Below, piece by piece: positions 23,567 through 36,648 of a DNA stretch of 49,287 bases (the stretch's first letter is position 1; the number at the start of each line of letters is the position of its first letter). Both the position numbers and the translations under genes were made by a program. The DNA is from Girardia tigrina (taxonomy: Eukaryota). Under the pieces are notes generated by a model. The model worked only from the letters and a program-made list of their open reading frames with translations, was not told the DNA's origin and did no database searches. The stretch lies in the NCBI GenBank assembly GCA_001938485.1, contig MQRK01235997.1:1-49287 (forward strand). The letters run 5' to 3'.

Positions 23567-24414
23567 TAAGGCCAAAATCGCTGATTGTCGGATGAGTGTT
23601 TCAATTTAAATGATACGAAAAATAACAGATTGTCTTTGGGTAGGAGACGCGGAGAATATTTTTATTTTTAAATAAAGATAAAGAATATAATATCACTTCA
23701 ATTTAAAATTTCGAAACATAATAATAGTAATAGTAGTAATTATAAAACTAATAATAAAATAGTATTAAAATCAAAAATATAAAATTATGTATTTAAATAT
23801 AATTATTTATTGATCGTTAAGCGATCTTAAATTTAAAATTGATTTTTAAAAAATCAATTAACAAATGAATTGTTTTGAACAGTATTTTGTTTTTTATGCT
23901 GATAGTTTTTTTATTAAACATTCTTAAATCATCCGTCAACTAACGAAACAATCTTTCTAATTCTGTCTGGATCATCCATCATTGCCATCCTTCATCAACA
24001 ACTCATCACAATCAAACTCAAAATTAAACAACAACCGAAAATTCCTTTGGAACTTAATCATATGAAATTCCATTATCAAACAACTATCATCTCCTATCCA
24101 ACCATCTCATTAAGAAACGAAAAATGGAAAATATCGATTACTGTTTTCAAATTAAGTAACTTTATTTATTTGATTTCTCCTCGGACCTAGCTTCTTTTTT
24201 CGTGATTGTTATATACATATATAGATACTTCCTTATCTCTTCATGTTAAAAGTGGAAAATTTTAATAGTTTTTTTTGACCATAGCCGTTGGGCCATGGAT
24301 GCTCTCAATTATGCACAAGCCTTATAGCTTGGGTTCTGCATGCATTTTTAGTTTTTTCAGTAGACAAATAAACTGATGGCGCTTATCTACTCTCCAGGTA
24401 TGGATGACCGTGTG

Positions 24415-24672
24415 CTCCAAGGAGCTCATCAGGGGTTGGTTATACTGGATTCCGTCCGATTTCTGAAGTTAAGCTACCAACAGCAGCGTTAGTACTTATA
24501 TGTGTGATCGAACTATGGGGCCATAGAATATACAGGTCATGTCAGACAAGCATGTCTGCAAGAGATAACATGTAAACCTGTACTGTCTGTCCCATGGTCT
24601 GATGGTTGGCGACTAAACCGGTTCCCTGACCCAGCGCTACAGAATGAAAAAAAACAGAATGAAAAACAAAAC
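24415..24672 (+). mobile_element. 5S rRNA-derived SINE (SINE3-like)
   Basis: 24435-24510 aligns to 5S rRNA (CGTCCGAT..GAAGTTAAGC box A; GTTAGTACTT box C region). It is followed by a non-5S hairpin-rich body and a tandem A-rich tail (ACAGAATGAAAAA x2). Confidence 0.7.
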
Positions 24673-25415
24673 TTGTCAAAGGGTGGAATACAGTTTCATA
24701 ATGTTAATTGGTTATGAATTTCATATTAATAAAAGAGAAGCATTTTTAGAGTTTAAATTTAATGAAACTATGACTGCTTTCTTTTTAAGTATTAAAATCG
24801 AAAATATAAAAACGTAATAAATAAAAATGTGTTCGTTATAAAAAAAACATGGTACAATCTTTTAATAAAACAATAAATATGGGGGGCGTGAAATTATTTA
24901 TAAATTATTGTTTCAATAAATTAAAATTTTTATTAAATTACTATTTCAAACAAATCAAGAAAACTAACTTGAAATATATAAATAAATAATAATCAGAAAC
25001 AATTTTTTCGTATTTGTCATACATTTGTACTTCTGATTTTTTAATGAACTTAAGATTGATTTTAGAAACATGTTTTACAAAAATAATGATGAACATTAAT
25101 AACAATTTTGATTTTATTTCCTATGAAGAAAGAAATCTTAAACAACATTTCGTCGAAGTGTTATGAAATTGCTAATTATTCTTAGTGAAAACTTTCAGAC
25201 AGTACTAATTGATTACTTTGCCACTTTTCCCTGTTCGGTCATCCGTAATTAATTTGATATTTTATATTTGATTTACCAACATATGAACGATTCTCCCTAT
25301 GAAATCCGTATGAATTAACCATTTGTAGCTAATTAATAATTCCCCTGGAATTCACGACTTCTTTTTTATATTCTTGTTGAAATATTCAGTTTGAGACATT
25401 TTCCTTTCTAATTAG

Positions 25416-25591
25416 ATCCGACAGTCTGGGATCACATTGACAATGGATCTGAGGAATATCCAACTCTACAGTAAATATGAGGATGTGGAACATCTGGAAA
25501 ATGATAATGATTATATTCTACATGCCAAAAGTCCGAGTGTCGCAGCCGATTTACAAAAACCATTAATTAATATTATCAATCATTTTTGTCG
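25416..25591 (+). CDS. Orphan exon candidate, unknown protein
   Basis: TTTCTAATTAG acceptor; open IRQSGITLTMDLRNIQLYSKYEDVEHLENDNDYILHAKSPSVAADLQKPLINIINHFC; GTAATT donor. Confidence 0.35.
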
Positions 25592-26756
25592 GTAATTATA
25601 TTATTATTTAATTTTAATTAATAATTGAATTTTCTGTTTTTTTTTGTTAAAATTTGAATTGAAATATTTTCTTGGAATTTTCGTTTGAAATGTTTTTTGT
25701 CAACGAAAAAATATTTTTTGACATTATATAATAATTATATTATTTTTCGGGGATTTTTTTAGGAAAATCTATTTTATTTCTTTTTGTTTTTAACCTACAT
25801 TAATATAATTACAAAAAAATCATATTATATTATAATGTTTAATAAATATTGATGATTGAAGGTATGATTGAAAAAAAAGAAGAGGAAATGACATAGCGCT
25901 TAACACAATGGTATAAGCGCAAAACAAAATAGCTTATTGTCTTAGTTATTATTAAAACCAGAAAATACCAACTACAAGGATGTTTATAAATAAATTATAT
26001 ATTTATTGACAAATATTAATAAACATTTTAAAATCGATTTATTTTTGTTGTTGAACTTAAAGCAGATATGTTATAAACTTAAAAACCTTATTGGGAAACT
26101 ACAGAAATCATAATTTGATTATATTTTAATACAATAAATAATGTGTATAAAAAGTGATGTATCTACAAGTGTATATCAACATAGAATTTTTCATTAGTAT
26201 GTGTTTAGAAGAAAGGAAAAAAAGTCATTCGATTATGCATAGACTTTCGTGCGTAAAATATATTTATGTTCAAATAGCTTTTTTTATACCAAATATGCAC
26301 GATATGACAAATACAATGAATGTGAGTTATTAAGAACACCAACATGGGTTTTCAAACTTTTATTTTCATTACAATCAGAATTGACTTTTGGACAACTCTC
26401 AGCGAAACTCTCGTCATTCGACATCGTTCTAAATTGATAATTTTTTATTAATGTTTGTTAATAAACAATTATTCGAACAAATTTTTCATTATTTTCAGAT
26501 TTTATTTTTAAAGTTCAATTTTGTAGTTTTAGTATTAATTTTTATTTACATATTAAGTTTATTTAAAAATTATTTTATGTAAAGAAAGAACATTTAATTA
26601 ATTCAAAACTTAGTTAAAACTATTTATTTTATTTAAATTTTAATATGAAGATTTGAAAAGATTTAATATTTTTAATNNNNNNNNNNNNNNNNNNNNNNNN
26701 NNNNNNNNNNNNNNNNNNNNNNNNNNNNNNNNNNNNAACATCCAAAATATCAATTT

Positions 26757-27065
26757 TCCATCTGGGTGGGAGAAACACATTTCCAAATACTAAACTCAAC
26801 ATACAAAATTCAACAAACCAATTTCAACATACCAAATTTAAAATATTCTTCACATATTTATCTTGGAACGATTTATCTCAGAAATGCGTACTACTAAGTC
26901 GAGTTGGAGGAAGAATCAAAGATTGAAGATTTGTGAGGTAAGAATAAAGACAATTAGATAACATATACCTAAATAATATAGACATTTTATTAACAAGATG
27001 TTATAAAATGTCGAAAAAGGAAAAGATGTTAATCAAATCTAACAATTATTCCCCTTGTCACTTTC
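26757..27065 (-). repeat. Second copy of the 5013-5335 repeat
   Basis: Shared 32-nt core and flanking motifs. Confidence 0.4.
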
Positions 27066-27371
27066 CTTTCAATCTGTTTAAAAAATGCCGCTACCATTTG
27101 ATATATTTCTTTGATTAATTTGAAAGAAATATTTTGCGAGACAAAATTCGAGACCTTTTTCAAAATTAAATTTATTATTTTTTTCTTAATAATATTATTA
27201 AAATAAATGTTATTGTAACAATTTTAAGTTCAAAATGTCAAAAATAAATTTTACAGTTCATAAAATAAGATAGTAATTACGCTGAATTAATCGTCCACAA
27301 AAATGAGGGAGGGCAAACTGGTGATTCAAAACGTGTTCCACAAAAACCTTACGATTTACCAGATTTATATG

Positions 27372-27861
27372 GGAACGACTGTTATACTGCCCCCATATAT
27401 TATGTAATCTGTGAAGATTTATTTATTAATTATTTAAGATTATGTATTTAATTATACAATTATTCTTTTATTTAATCATTTATTTATTAAATAATTTATT
27501 TAATAATTCATTCAATAATTAATTTATTCTTTAATTTATTTACTTTTTATTCATTTGTGATAATTGATTTATTGATTCACTAATTGAATAAATAAATTAA
27601 TTATTACATAAATGAATAAAAAGTAAATAAAGTAAAGAATAAATTAATTATTGAATGAATTATTAAATAAATTATTTATTAAATATGTGATTTAATTAAA
27701 TTTGATTTGATTGATTTTCATTCAATTAATAATTAATTATTTCATTTTTTATTAATTAATCAACAATTTTATTCATCCATTCCGCCAGTTATTCTCCTCA
27801 TTCGAAACGAAATTATACAATCTTCACAGATTACATAATATGTGGGTATAACAGTCGTTAC
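27372..27861. mobile_element. Foldback MITE with 8-bp target duplication
   Basis: Outer arms AACGACTGTTATAC..ATTATGTAATCTGTGAAGATT and their reverse complement; inner AT-rich arms about 27485-27565 and 27600-27682; TTATATG(G) repeated on both flanks. Confidence 0.8.
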
Positions 27862-29514
27862 GTTATATGGCCAGATATAAAAAAATAAAACAATAAATCT
27901 ATTTACGATAAAGGAATCTGAAGGTGACAAAAATTAATTAATCATTGACGAAGAAACAAAAAAATATTTTAAAAGAATAATCATAAAAATACATAAAAAT
28001 TGAGGCGATGGGAAGCTAAAATAATGTTTCCAAAACTCATTTATGATCAGATTTATTCTAAAATTTTTATTCTAAACTAGTTTAATTTCTTTCTAAACAA
28101 TTTAACATTAAAAATGTTTTTAATGTTTTTTTTAATTTTAATATATAAACAAATTATTTAATTATTATTTAAATTTCTAAATTAAAAAAACTTTTTATAA
28201 TTCATTTTTAAGCAATTATTTAAAATTTATTTCATTGTTATTATTTTTTACTTTTGAAATATTATAATTTAACTGATCAATTGTCTCTTATAAACATACA
28301 AATAATACAGGGGGACCCAAAATTCTACACTAACCAAATTTGAAAATTTTTAACATGTTATTTAATCACTTTTTGTTTTGGATCTTGTAGTAAACGTCAA
28401 TACTCAAAGTTAGCAAATACAAAATCGAATTTCGTGCTTTAACTTTAGTCTTGTGTTTGCGAAAGATATAAAAATTACCCCATAAAACATTAGAAAGAAA
28501 TTGAAAAAATAGAATATCGAGGGACATATTTAATTGATTTCCATTGTAAATTCACGTCTTGTTCATTTAGTCTTTATCACATTAAAAATATTTTTTTATC
28601 CCCCATGAATTGTGTCCCGACCAATTTTCCACGACCCATTGAGTTTTTTGTTTTCCGTTAAAGAGTAATTCTTACGTACTGGTTTTTTATACATAATTTT
28701 TCATTAAATATGAGATCGTTTTTCATTGCAAATGATACAAAAATTAAAAAAAAATGATTGTCCTTTCCAAATATTTAATTATTATTTTTTTAAAAATACT
28801 TTTTCACCAGAATATTGCTGCAAATAAAGATTTTTAAACTGATACTAAAGAAAGCAGTTTTTCCCACTGAAAAAGACATGAAAATCGAGATAATTGCGTT
28901 GAATCTTCCTACAAAAGGAGTCATTTAACTTCGTGTTAATTTTATATTTGTTATTTAGTGCTGTTTTTTTCATAATAAAGTTCGTGGGTTTATATTATTA
29001 TTTTCTTGTCATATTATTATTGTTTTTTTAAGTTTTTGTTTGTCGCGTCTGTAGAGAAGACAAAGAGAAAGAAGGACAAAATCAGAAGTGAAAAGATTGA
29101 AGAAAAGTAGTGTGATTTTTAAAGTCGATAGATCCCCCCAACGCAATCTAATTATATAATTAAATAAATAATATAAATAATTAATATTTTAAATTTGAAA
29201 AAAAATCAATTAAATGACAAGTAGTATTACCTGGCAAGGCAGAATTAACAAAAATATACAAAAATGAAAGTCAAATGACCGATGAATGGCTGAAATTTGA
29301 CCGGCAATTTATCCTTCATTTCAACAGAAAAGTTTCGATTTTTACTTTGTGACCATATTAGTTGAGTGTTACTTGCTTTGTTGTTTTGACAGATAATTAA
29401 TGTTATTTAGTGACCACTACTTTGATTCTTGTCGTTTATTATTTTTAATACTTTTTGACAAAGTTCTTTGAATGATTAAATTCGATCAGCTTTGTCCTTG
29501 ATTTATTATTAAAT

Positions 29515-29785
29515 TGTGGGCCTCCCATCTCTTTCAATGGTATTGAACCTAAGGCTCTTTAGAGGGTCCACCCAAACTAAAGTCCTTAAGGGCCCCCCGA
29601 TAGGCCTCCTACGGCGTCAGTGGCCTTCCGCCTCTGAGCAGTCGGTTTGCCAGTTATAAACGACCAGCCATGGAACTTGGTACCATGGCCATATATACCT
29701 CTGGCTGTTACAGTGGACGCGTAACAGCCGCGAAATGGGCATTTGAACTTTCCTCTTGCTGTCGAGTAGTCGGCTGGTAGTTGGT
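29515..29785 (-). mobile_element. Structured GC-rich element related to 6781-7180
   Basis: Homologous 54-nt end block; perfect hairpins GGCTGTTAC/GTAACAGCC and GCCATGG/CCATGGC. Confidence 0.5.
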
Positions 29786-30454
29786 ATTAAATTGTACCTA
29801 TTTCGACACTTAAAATGTAACTGTTAGTCGCATGTGTTAAATGATTTTTGAAGGACGGACAAGTATTCTAAAACATATTGTTGGATATCGGCTTAGCTTG
29901 CTAAGAAGCAAGAACCTTTCGATTTGTTGTGTAAAATTGAGTGTATGAAATGTTTTGTTAATAAGTAAGGATTTCCCTTAAAACCGGGAATCATTTTTTA
30001 TAAAAATTAGTTATAAATATTTAAATAGAAAATTTTGATACATTATTTCGAATCCCTAAAGTAATTGAAAGAATTAACTCATCTCAACATTTTATCAGAT
30101 TCTTGTATTCATACTCTTCGCTTTCAAAACCAGTTGACAATACGTAGTCTAAATGGAAATAATATATGAGATCAGATAGACTGAGTAATGAAAAACGTTT
30201 GTACCAAAGTATTGATAAACCATTTCAGGATATAAGCAAATAAAATTTTAGTTTCTATTATAATCTCATGCTTAAATTTTTACTTGGGTGCTAAAAAAGA
30301 TCACCAATTGAAGACAAATCTATTTTAAAAACGGTCCATTAACATTTTCAATATAATGATTTTATAAAAATCTCTAAAGAAAATAGTTTTATTTTTAATT
30401 AAAAGAGTTTAAATTAACAGTTCAGGAGAGTAATTCAAATTTACTAGTAATAAG

Positions 30455-31125
30455 TCACCAAGAAACTACAGTCTTTGGGTTTCGAGGGAAGTATGGTTAC
30501 AAAGCTGGAACTTAAAGAATTTGATGGAAGAACCTCCCCCGAGAAGTATTTTATCCGATTTAATTTGACTAAGCAGAAAAAAATCTTATGTCGTCCAGAT
30601 ACTGTGAGGATTGATAGATTGATATCTCTTTCATGATTCTGCAGGTGAATGTGCATGGCCGTACTTAGTTGATGGAGCGATTAGTTTCGTTACTTATGAT
30701 AAGGAACCTGACTCTCACCTGCTAAATACTACATTTGTTTTAAATATCAATGACTGACTTTTGTTTAATAAATATTGTTTAACTTAATGAAATTGAGCAA
30801 TAGCAAGTCTGAGATGTCATAAGTTGTCCCGGTCGCATACAAGCTACATGGAAGTTTCATTGAGTTTATTTTCTTAAAAGAAATTATCTAGTAACCTGCT
30901 GAATCACTGTTGTGTCAGGAATAGAAGATTTAAATTACCCCAATTGAACAAGGAATTCTTAGTAAGCACAAATAACTAGCTTGTACTGATTATGTCCCTG
31001 TCCTTTGTCCACAATGGCCGTTACTAATACAGATTGAAATGTTTAAGAAGATCATTGGATTCTGATCTAAGAAATAGTAACATTTCTATGATTAGGATTA
31101 GATTGACGAAGACAAACGGAAAACA
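30455..31125 (+). pseudogene. 18S rRNA pseudogene (3' third)
   Basis: Colinear degenerate matches to universal SSU motifs: AACTTAAAGAATTTGATGGAAG, TTAATTTGACT, GTGCATGGCCGTACTTAGTTGATGGAG, ATTGAGCAATAGCAAGTCTGAGATG, GTCCCTGTCCTTTGTCCAC. Many substitutions at invariant sites. Confidence 0.95.
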
Positions 31126-31786
31126 ACTTATTATATCGATTTAATTATTTATAACAATAGTACATCTATTAGAAAAAATCAATAAAACATTGCATAAAAT
31201 TGTGTTGAAGCTTTCTTTTTCAAACAATAATAATTCATTTTTTGGCCATTTTTGAAAAAAAACGATTCTTGTCGGAGGAAAGAACCGACAGCTTTATCTA
31301 TTATTATCTACAAAATAGAAAAAGATCATTATCCTTCGTTGACAGTGTTGGATGTCTTCTATTGTTCTTTAAAATTCTAACAATCGCTTAAAAAATTGTT
31401 TAAAATCTTTCGTAGAAATATTAAAAAGCGTGATAATTAGAGCGAAAAATTAAAAAGAAATAATTTCAAAAACTATAATTAAACAAATATTTCTAAAAAG
31501 TATTTTGGAAACAAAATAAAAACTTTTGTACAAAATTGTTTTTTTTCAATTTTTAAGAAAAATGTATTTTCAGACGCCTTTTTATTTGAAGCATAAAAAA
31601 TTATAATTCATTCAATAATTCCAATAATTGAAATCATGAACAATTCATTCGGATAATTAATTAACAATTTTACAAATAATTAAATTTTCATCAAAGATTT
31701 GTTTTAATTATAACTTACAGTAATAATTCAAACAACAGAAGCCGATAAACTTTTTTTCATCTTTTAGTGAAAAAAGATAAATATAT

Positions 31787-33150
31787 TATGGTTATGACTT
31801 TTTGCTAACCCCATATTGGCATAGCAGGAAAAGATGAGTTTTAGCACCAGATTTACAAATTTCTTCATTTCAGATGTCAGCAAGAAAAAAAGTTCACCAA
31901 CCAAACCATTTTTCTACGGAGTCTTATTATGACCAGTAATGCATACAAAAATTTCTAGTAAAACATATTTACTTCAAGACAAATGCTGTTTAAGGAAAAA
32001 AGTCAATTGTTCATAGTTCTAAGAGTCAAGGAAATTTATTGTTACTCAAAATAAACCTGTCGTTCTACTTCTCAGCCGATTTACACCTTGAAAACATCTC
32101 CTCCATAATTTGAATAGCACGTTCTGCACACTGATTGTTCCTTTGGATTCCATCAATAACTGAATCTGATGTTACCCAATGTCTTTCAAAGCATTGTAAT
32201 GCTTTTGGATATTGTTGTAATCGTGGCTTCAACACATCACCTGCAGATTGCCAATCTTTTTGATCAGAGAACAAAGTGCGGCACCAAGGACTTGCTATGA
32301 ATGCACATAAATTTTCAAACTCGCATGTACGTGTTTAAGGAAATAATATAAATACAAGGAGTGTAAAAATGACACGAGAATTCCCACGGGCATTGCTAAT
32401 TTGTGGAAGTGCATGGAATCGAATTGATGGAAAGATTTGATACCTTTCATAGTAATTGAAGACATGACAGGTGGTTAAGAAACTTCATGTCATCTCGCCA
32501 TCACACAGTTTCCTTATTGAGTTTTGGAAAGCTAAACTTTTGCCACAGATCTTTGATTTCAGCAACAATTTCTTTTGATCTTGCATTTATTGATTTGATA
32601 TTTCTAGCAAGATATAAATATCGACACAATATGAAAAATTGTTTTGACATTTTGCACCTGTCACTTAACCTGCTTTCCACCAGGGGTACTTCTTGCCGCT
32701 TTTTCAAGGAATCTTCAAAGTTGACTAAATTTTGTTACCTTAAGAAAGAATTTCTTTCACCTGCTTCCTGTGATTTTCTATATGCCATTCCTACAAAAAA
32801 AATTCAACATTTGCAAATCATATAAAGCCTGAATGTTTAATAATATATGACTCACTATACGTATTTGTGGCTAATAACTTTCTTGGCGCCTCTTCAATGT
32901 TTATATATCAGCACTGATTCAACAGTGTAGGAATTTCTTACTACATCAATGGCATAATAAATGAATGACACAATTTCATGTGTAATTACCACATATATGT
33001 AAAAGGTAAATAAATAATTCGTTTGGTGGGGGAACTTTTTAAAAAATTTCATAAAAATGAATATTACTTTAGTATTCTACATAAAGAAACTCATCTCATA
33101 CAAGCATGTCAATTTGGAAACAGTGTATAAATTTTTTTATCATAACCCTA
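31787..33150 (-). mobile_element. Internally deleted hAT-type (hATm-like) DNA transposon
   Basis: TIRs TATGGTTATGA / TCATAACCCTA; 8-bp TSD AAATATAT/ATATATAT; remnants EIKDLWQKFSFP and NNQCAERAIQIMEE. The subfamily assignment is from memory. Confidence 0.65.
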
Positions 33151-33282
33151 ATATATATTTTGATATTTTTGATACTTTTATTAAAGCTTTTTAAGACCAA
33201 TAATTAATGAAAATTTTTAATAAAGCTTAGAAAATCAATAAGATAATTTTGAAGTTTCTTTAGCTTTGTAAAAATAAAAATA

Positions 33283-33490
33283 TTAGGTTGTCCTAAAAGT
33301 TCCTGGTCAAGAATGAAAAATACAATTTTTTGTACAAGAATTTATTTTACATAAATAACAATTATTCTCCGCAGTACAGTCCATCGTTTTCGGTTACTTT
33401 CTGCACATGGTCTGCAAGCTTTCGGATCTGGTCAAAAATACCATTCCGGCTGCTTCGAATTGAAGAACTCTTGACATGCTTGTTCAACTT
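33283..33490 (-). mobile_element. Mariner 3' end fragment
   Basis: TA + TTAGGTTGTCCTAAAAGTTC TIR; IRKLADHVQKVTENDGLY C-terminal motif. Confidence 0.7.
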
Positions 33491-33996
33491 ATTTATATAG
33501 ATATAGATATATAGATAAAAATCGATATAAATTTCGATTAATAATTATTTCATAATTGTCATTGACTCATTGACTGGGATAACTTACTTGTTGGAATATT
33601 TATTCATGTTATTAGAATATTTATGCGTGACTTGAAGGACGAATGTTATTATTCTATCAAACAATGTCTATTTCTACCGCTATCCATCAAAATTTCGTCG
33701 TAACTAATTCACTCCAGAATGCAACAAATCAGATTATAAGAAATTTCTATTGATACATAATGAAGAAAACTAAAATATCCAAAAACCGTTATCAATTTCT
33801 CTCTCTGTCAGTATACTGTGAGTAAACGTTTTTTATTTCCCCTATCAACCACTTCCTTGTTGTCTTAACTTTGTTCAATTTTTTTTCATCTTTCTGTTTT
33901 ATGTTAAAAAATAAAATACTTTGAAACAATTTATTTTTATTTATTGGTTAAAGGTAATTCTAACAGAAGAACCATCATTCCATTAGAATGACTTTT

Positions 33997-34042
<46 letters not shown>

Positions 34043-34045
<3 letters not shown>

Positions 34046-34118
34046 GGTGTCCCAAAAATATGTATACACATTAAAAATTTAATTTTATTGAATTTTATTG
34101 AATTTTATTTATGTTTAA
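34043..34118. mobile_element. Tc1/mariner terminus running into an assembly gap
   Basis: (TA)n followed by CAGGGTGTCCCAAAA, a typical TIR start. Confidence 0.55.
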
Positions 34119-34533
34119 NNNNNNNNNNNNNNNNNNNNNNNNNNNNNNNNNNNNNNNNNNNNNNNNNNNNNNNNNNNNNNNNNNNNNNNNNNNNNNNNNN
34201 NNNNNNNNNNNNNNNNNNNNNNNNNNNNNNNNNNNNNNNNNNNNNNNNNNNNNNNNNNNNNNNNNNNNNNNNNNNNNNNNNNNNNNNNNNNNNNNNNNNN
34301 NNNNNNNNNNNNNNNNNNNNNNNNNNNNNNNNNNNNNNNNNNNNNNNNNNNNNNNNNNNNNNNNNNNNNNNNNNNNNNNNNNNNNNNNNNNNNNNNNNNN
34401 NNNNNNNNNNNNNNNNNNNNNNNNNNNNNNNNNNNNNNNNNNNNNNNNNNNNNNNNNNNNNNNNNNNNNNNNNNNNNNNNNNNNNNNNNNNNNNNNNNNN
34501 NNNNNNNNNNNNNNNNNNNNNNNNNNNNNNNNN
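34119..34533. other. Assembly gap (others at 17807-17856, 26677-26736, 36094-36143)
   Basis: Runs of N. Confidence 1.
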
Positions 34534-35304
34534 TATATATATATATATATAAGTTAAATCTTAATTTCAGTCCGAATTAAAAATCCTGAAAAAAATATCA
34601 ACCCGCCATCTTGAAATGATAAACGCAAAAGGATGAAAAACAACATTTTCAGAATTCAAAATTCGATAAATTATAATTTAATTCTCTGTCATTTTGATTA
34701 TAATTATGAAATGATAATTACTATATATTTATTTGAAATAAAATAAAACTAATTTAAGTTTGATATTTTTATTTTCGAAATAAAAGCAAACTAAACTAAT
34801 TTTTGCAACTTTTAAATCAAAGTGAATTTAAAATGTGGTTATAATTTTTTTGGAAAATGTAATTATAATTTTTTATTGGAAATTAAAAAATTGGAATTAA
34901 AAGTAATTGAAAACCCTTAAATTGACTTAAATAAAAAATGCAATTTTAATTTTTTTTGGAAATGTAATTGAAAAATAGTTAAATTTAAATGTACCATAAA
35001 ATTTAAAAATTAATAAGAGACGCAATAAATTTTTTGTGACAAAATTTTAATTTACTATAATTTTTATTAAAGAAAATATAAATTTTTAATTTGTAAAAAA
35101 ATATACAAATCATATTTTTATTTATACATATTTCTATTTATATTTGTTGTGTAAAACAGAAAATACAAAAGTTCCTCAAAAAATATTTGTTTAAAAAATT
35201 CTAATTGTTATAGAAATAAATTTTGGTGTTCGTTATAATGTCTTGTGAGCAAGAATCCAATAGTAATTATTATAATTTATTATTTATTGTTTCGAAATAT
35301 GTGT

Positions 35305-35878
35305 TGATTTAACAGTCGGTCAATAAAGTTGGCTCCCGGCGCCTTTCAGCGAAGGCGCTGCACTGACAGAACCATCTTGATGCTGGATATGCAGATTAGC
35401 CTCAACTTTACGCGGATTCACTCACTGTTCCTACACCATTTCGCATTTTATCAGCAGATATATGATCATTGTAAAATTTGAGCTTGACCGACAAACAGTG
35501 AATCAGATGATAACGAAATTTTGCAAATTTATACTAAATTGATTTTTAGAAATATAATAAGTAAATAAATGATAGAAATCGTCAATTATCAATTGAATTA
35601 ATGTTATTTGTATTTTAAAAAATATTTCTTACGAAGTTTCTTGTAGGAATCACCTAAATCGGTGTTGATTTAACAATTTAACAACCTCCATGGCTTTCGT
35701 TCGATTTCTCCGACTTCCCAGCATCTTTCGGCAAAGGTACTGTACCGTCGGAATCGCCTCGATGCAGACTATCCAGATTAATCACGTTCTTACGTGGATT
35801 TGCTACGGGTCCTATGCAAGTTCATAGTGTGACCGAATAACAAACAAACAAACACACTTTTAGACAAATATATTATAT
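35305..35878 (-). mobile_element. Non-autonomous Helitron family A, third copy
   Basis: Homologous to 7268-7821; (CAAA)n ACACTTTTAGACAAATATTATATA end. Confidence 0.75.
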
Positions 35879-36143
35879 ATTTTTTGATCTCACATAAAAT
35901 TAAGACTTAATTTTGACTAACAAAGTTTATTGAGAAAGTATGTATGCACGAAAAAGTTGCAGATTTGAGTATAGTTTTAATAATATTATTAATAAAAAAA
36001 TTTTTTTATAAAAACAACCACGTTTTTCAAGCATTACCAATGCACTAAAAAGAGGAAAATAATTTTTTTCTAGACATGTGAGAAATTTTATACNNNNNNN
36101 NNNNNNNNNNNNNNNNNNNNNNNNNNNNNNNNNNNNNNNNNNN

Positions 36144-36648
36144 TCATTTCTATGCCCCACGTTTTTGGTTAGGTATAAAATTTCTCACATGTCTATAAAA
36201 AAATTATTTTCCTCTTTTTAGTACATTGGTAATGCTTGAAAAACGTGGTTGTTTTTATAAAAATTTTTTTTATTAATAATATTATTTAACTATGTTTAGT
36301 TATCATTTAGGAGTTTTTTTTCAAAATCTTTTTTATCAGATTGTATTGTCATCGGAAGCAAGCCTGTATAAAACTTCATTCATGAAAATAAACGAAAAGA
36401 TTGCTATTTAATACAGTGTATAAATTTGTAGATAATCGTAAGTGGTTTTTTGCAAAAAAAATTTGAAAAAATTATTTTTTTCAAAACTTTTTTTATCAAA
36501 TTGTATTGTCATCGGAAGCAAGCCTGTATAAAAAAATTCAGCTCAATTGGATGACTGAAAGTGGTCGGAAAATCAATCGCAAGATTTGTTCCAGACAAAC
36601 AGACAAACAGACAGACAAGAAAGCAAGCTAATAAAAACGTGGTAATAA
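36144..36648 (-). mobile_element. Helentron/DINE-1-like non-autonomous element; partial copies at 35985-36093 and 49145-49271
   Basis: Subterminal CCACGTTTTT motifs, (CAGA/CAAA)n microsatellite, internal duplication with period about 160 bp; near-identical copies elsewhere in the window. Confidence 0.7.

Noticed and set aside
24395-24450. Hammerhead-like CTGATGA-GCTC..GAGC on the minus strand
   Set aside because: GAAA is missing (ACAC instead), stem I does not pair next to the core, and the region overlaps the 5S head on the other strand.
29690-29745. Hairpin followed by GAAA resembling a hammerhead
   Set aside because: No CUGAnGA upstream of the stem.
34088-34557. ORFs of 154 and 148 aa
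   Set aside because: Artefacts of the N run.
35985-36285. Long inverted repeat flanking the N gap
   Set aside because: Two copies of a common repeat facing each other across a scaffold gap; likely an assembly effect.
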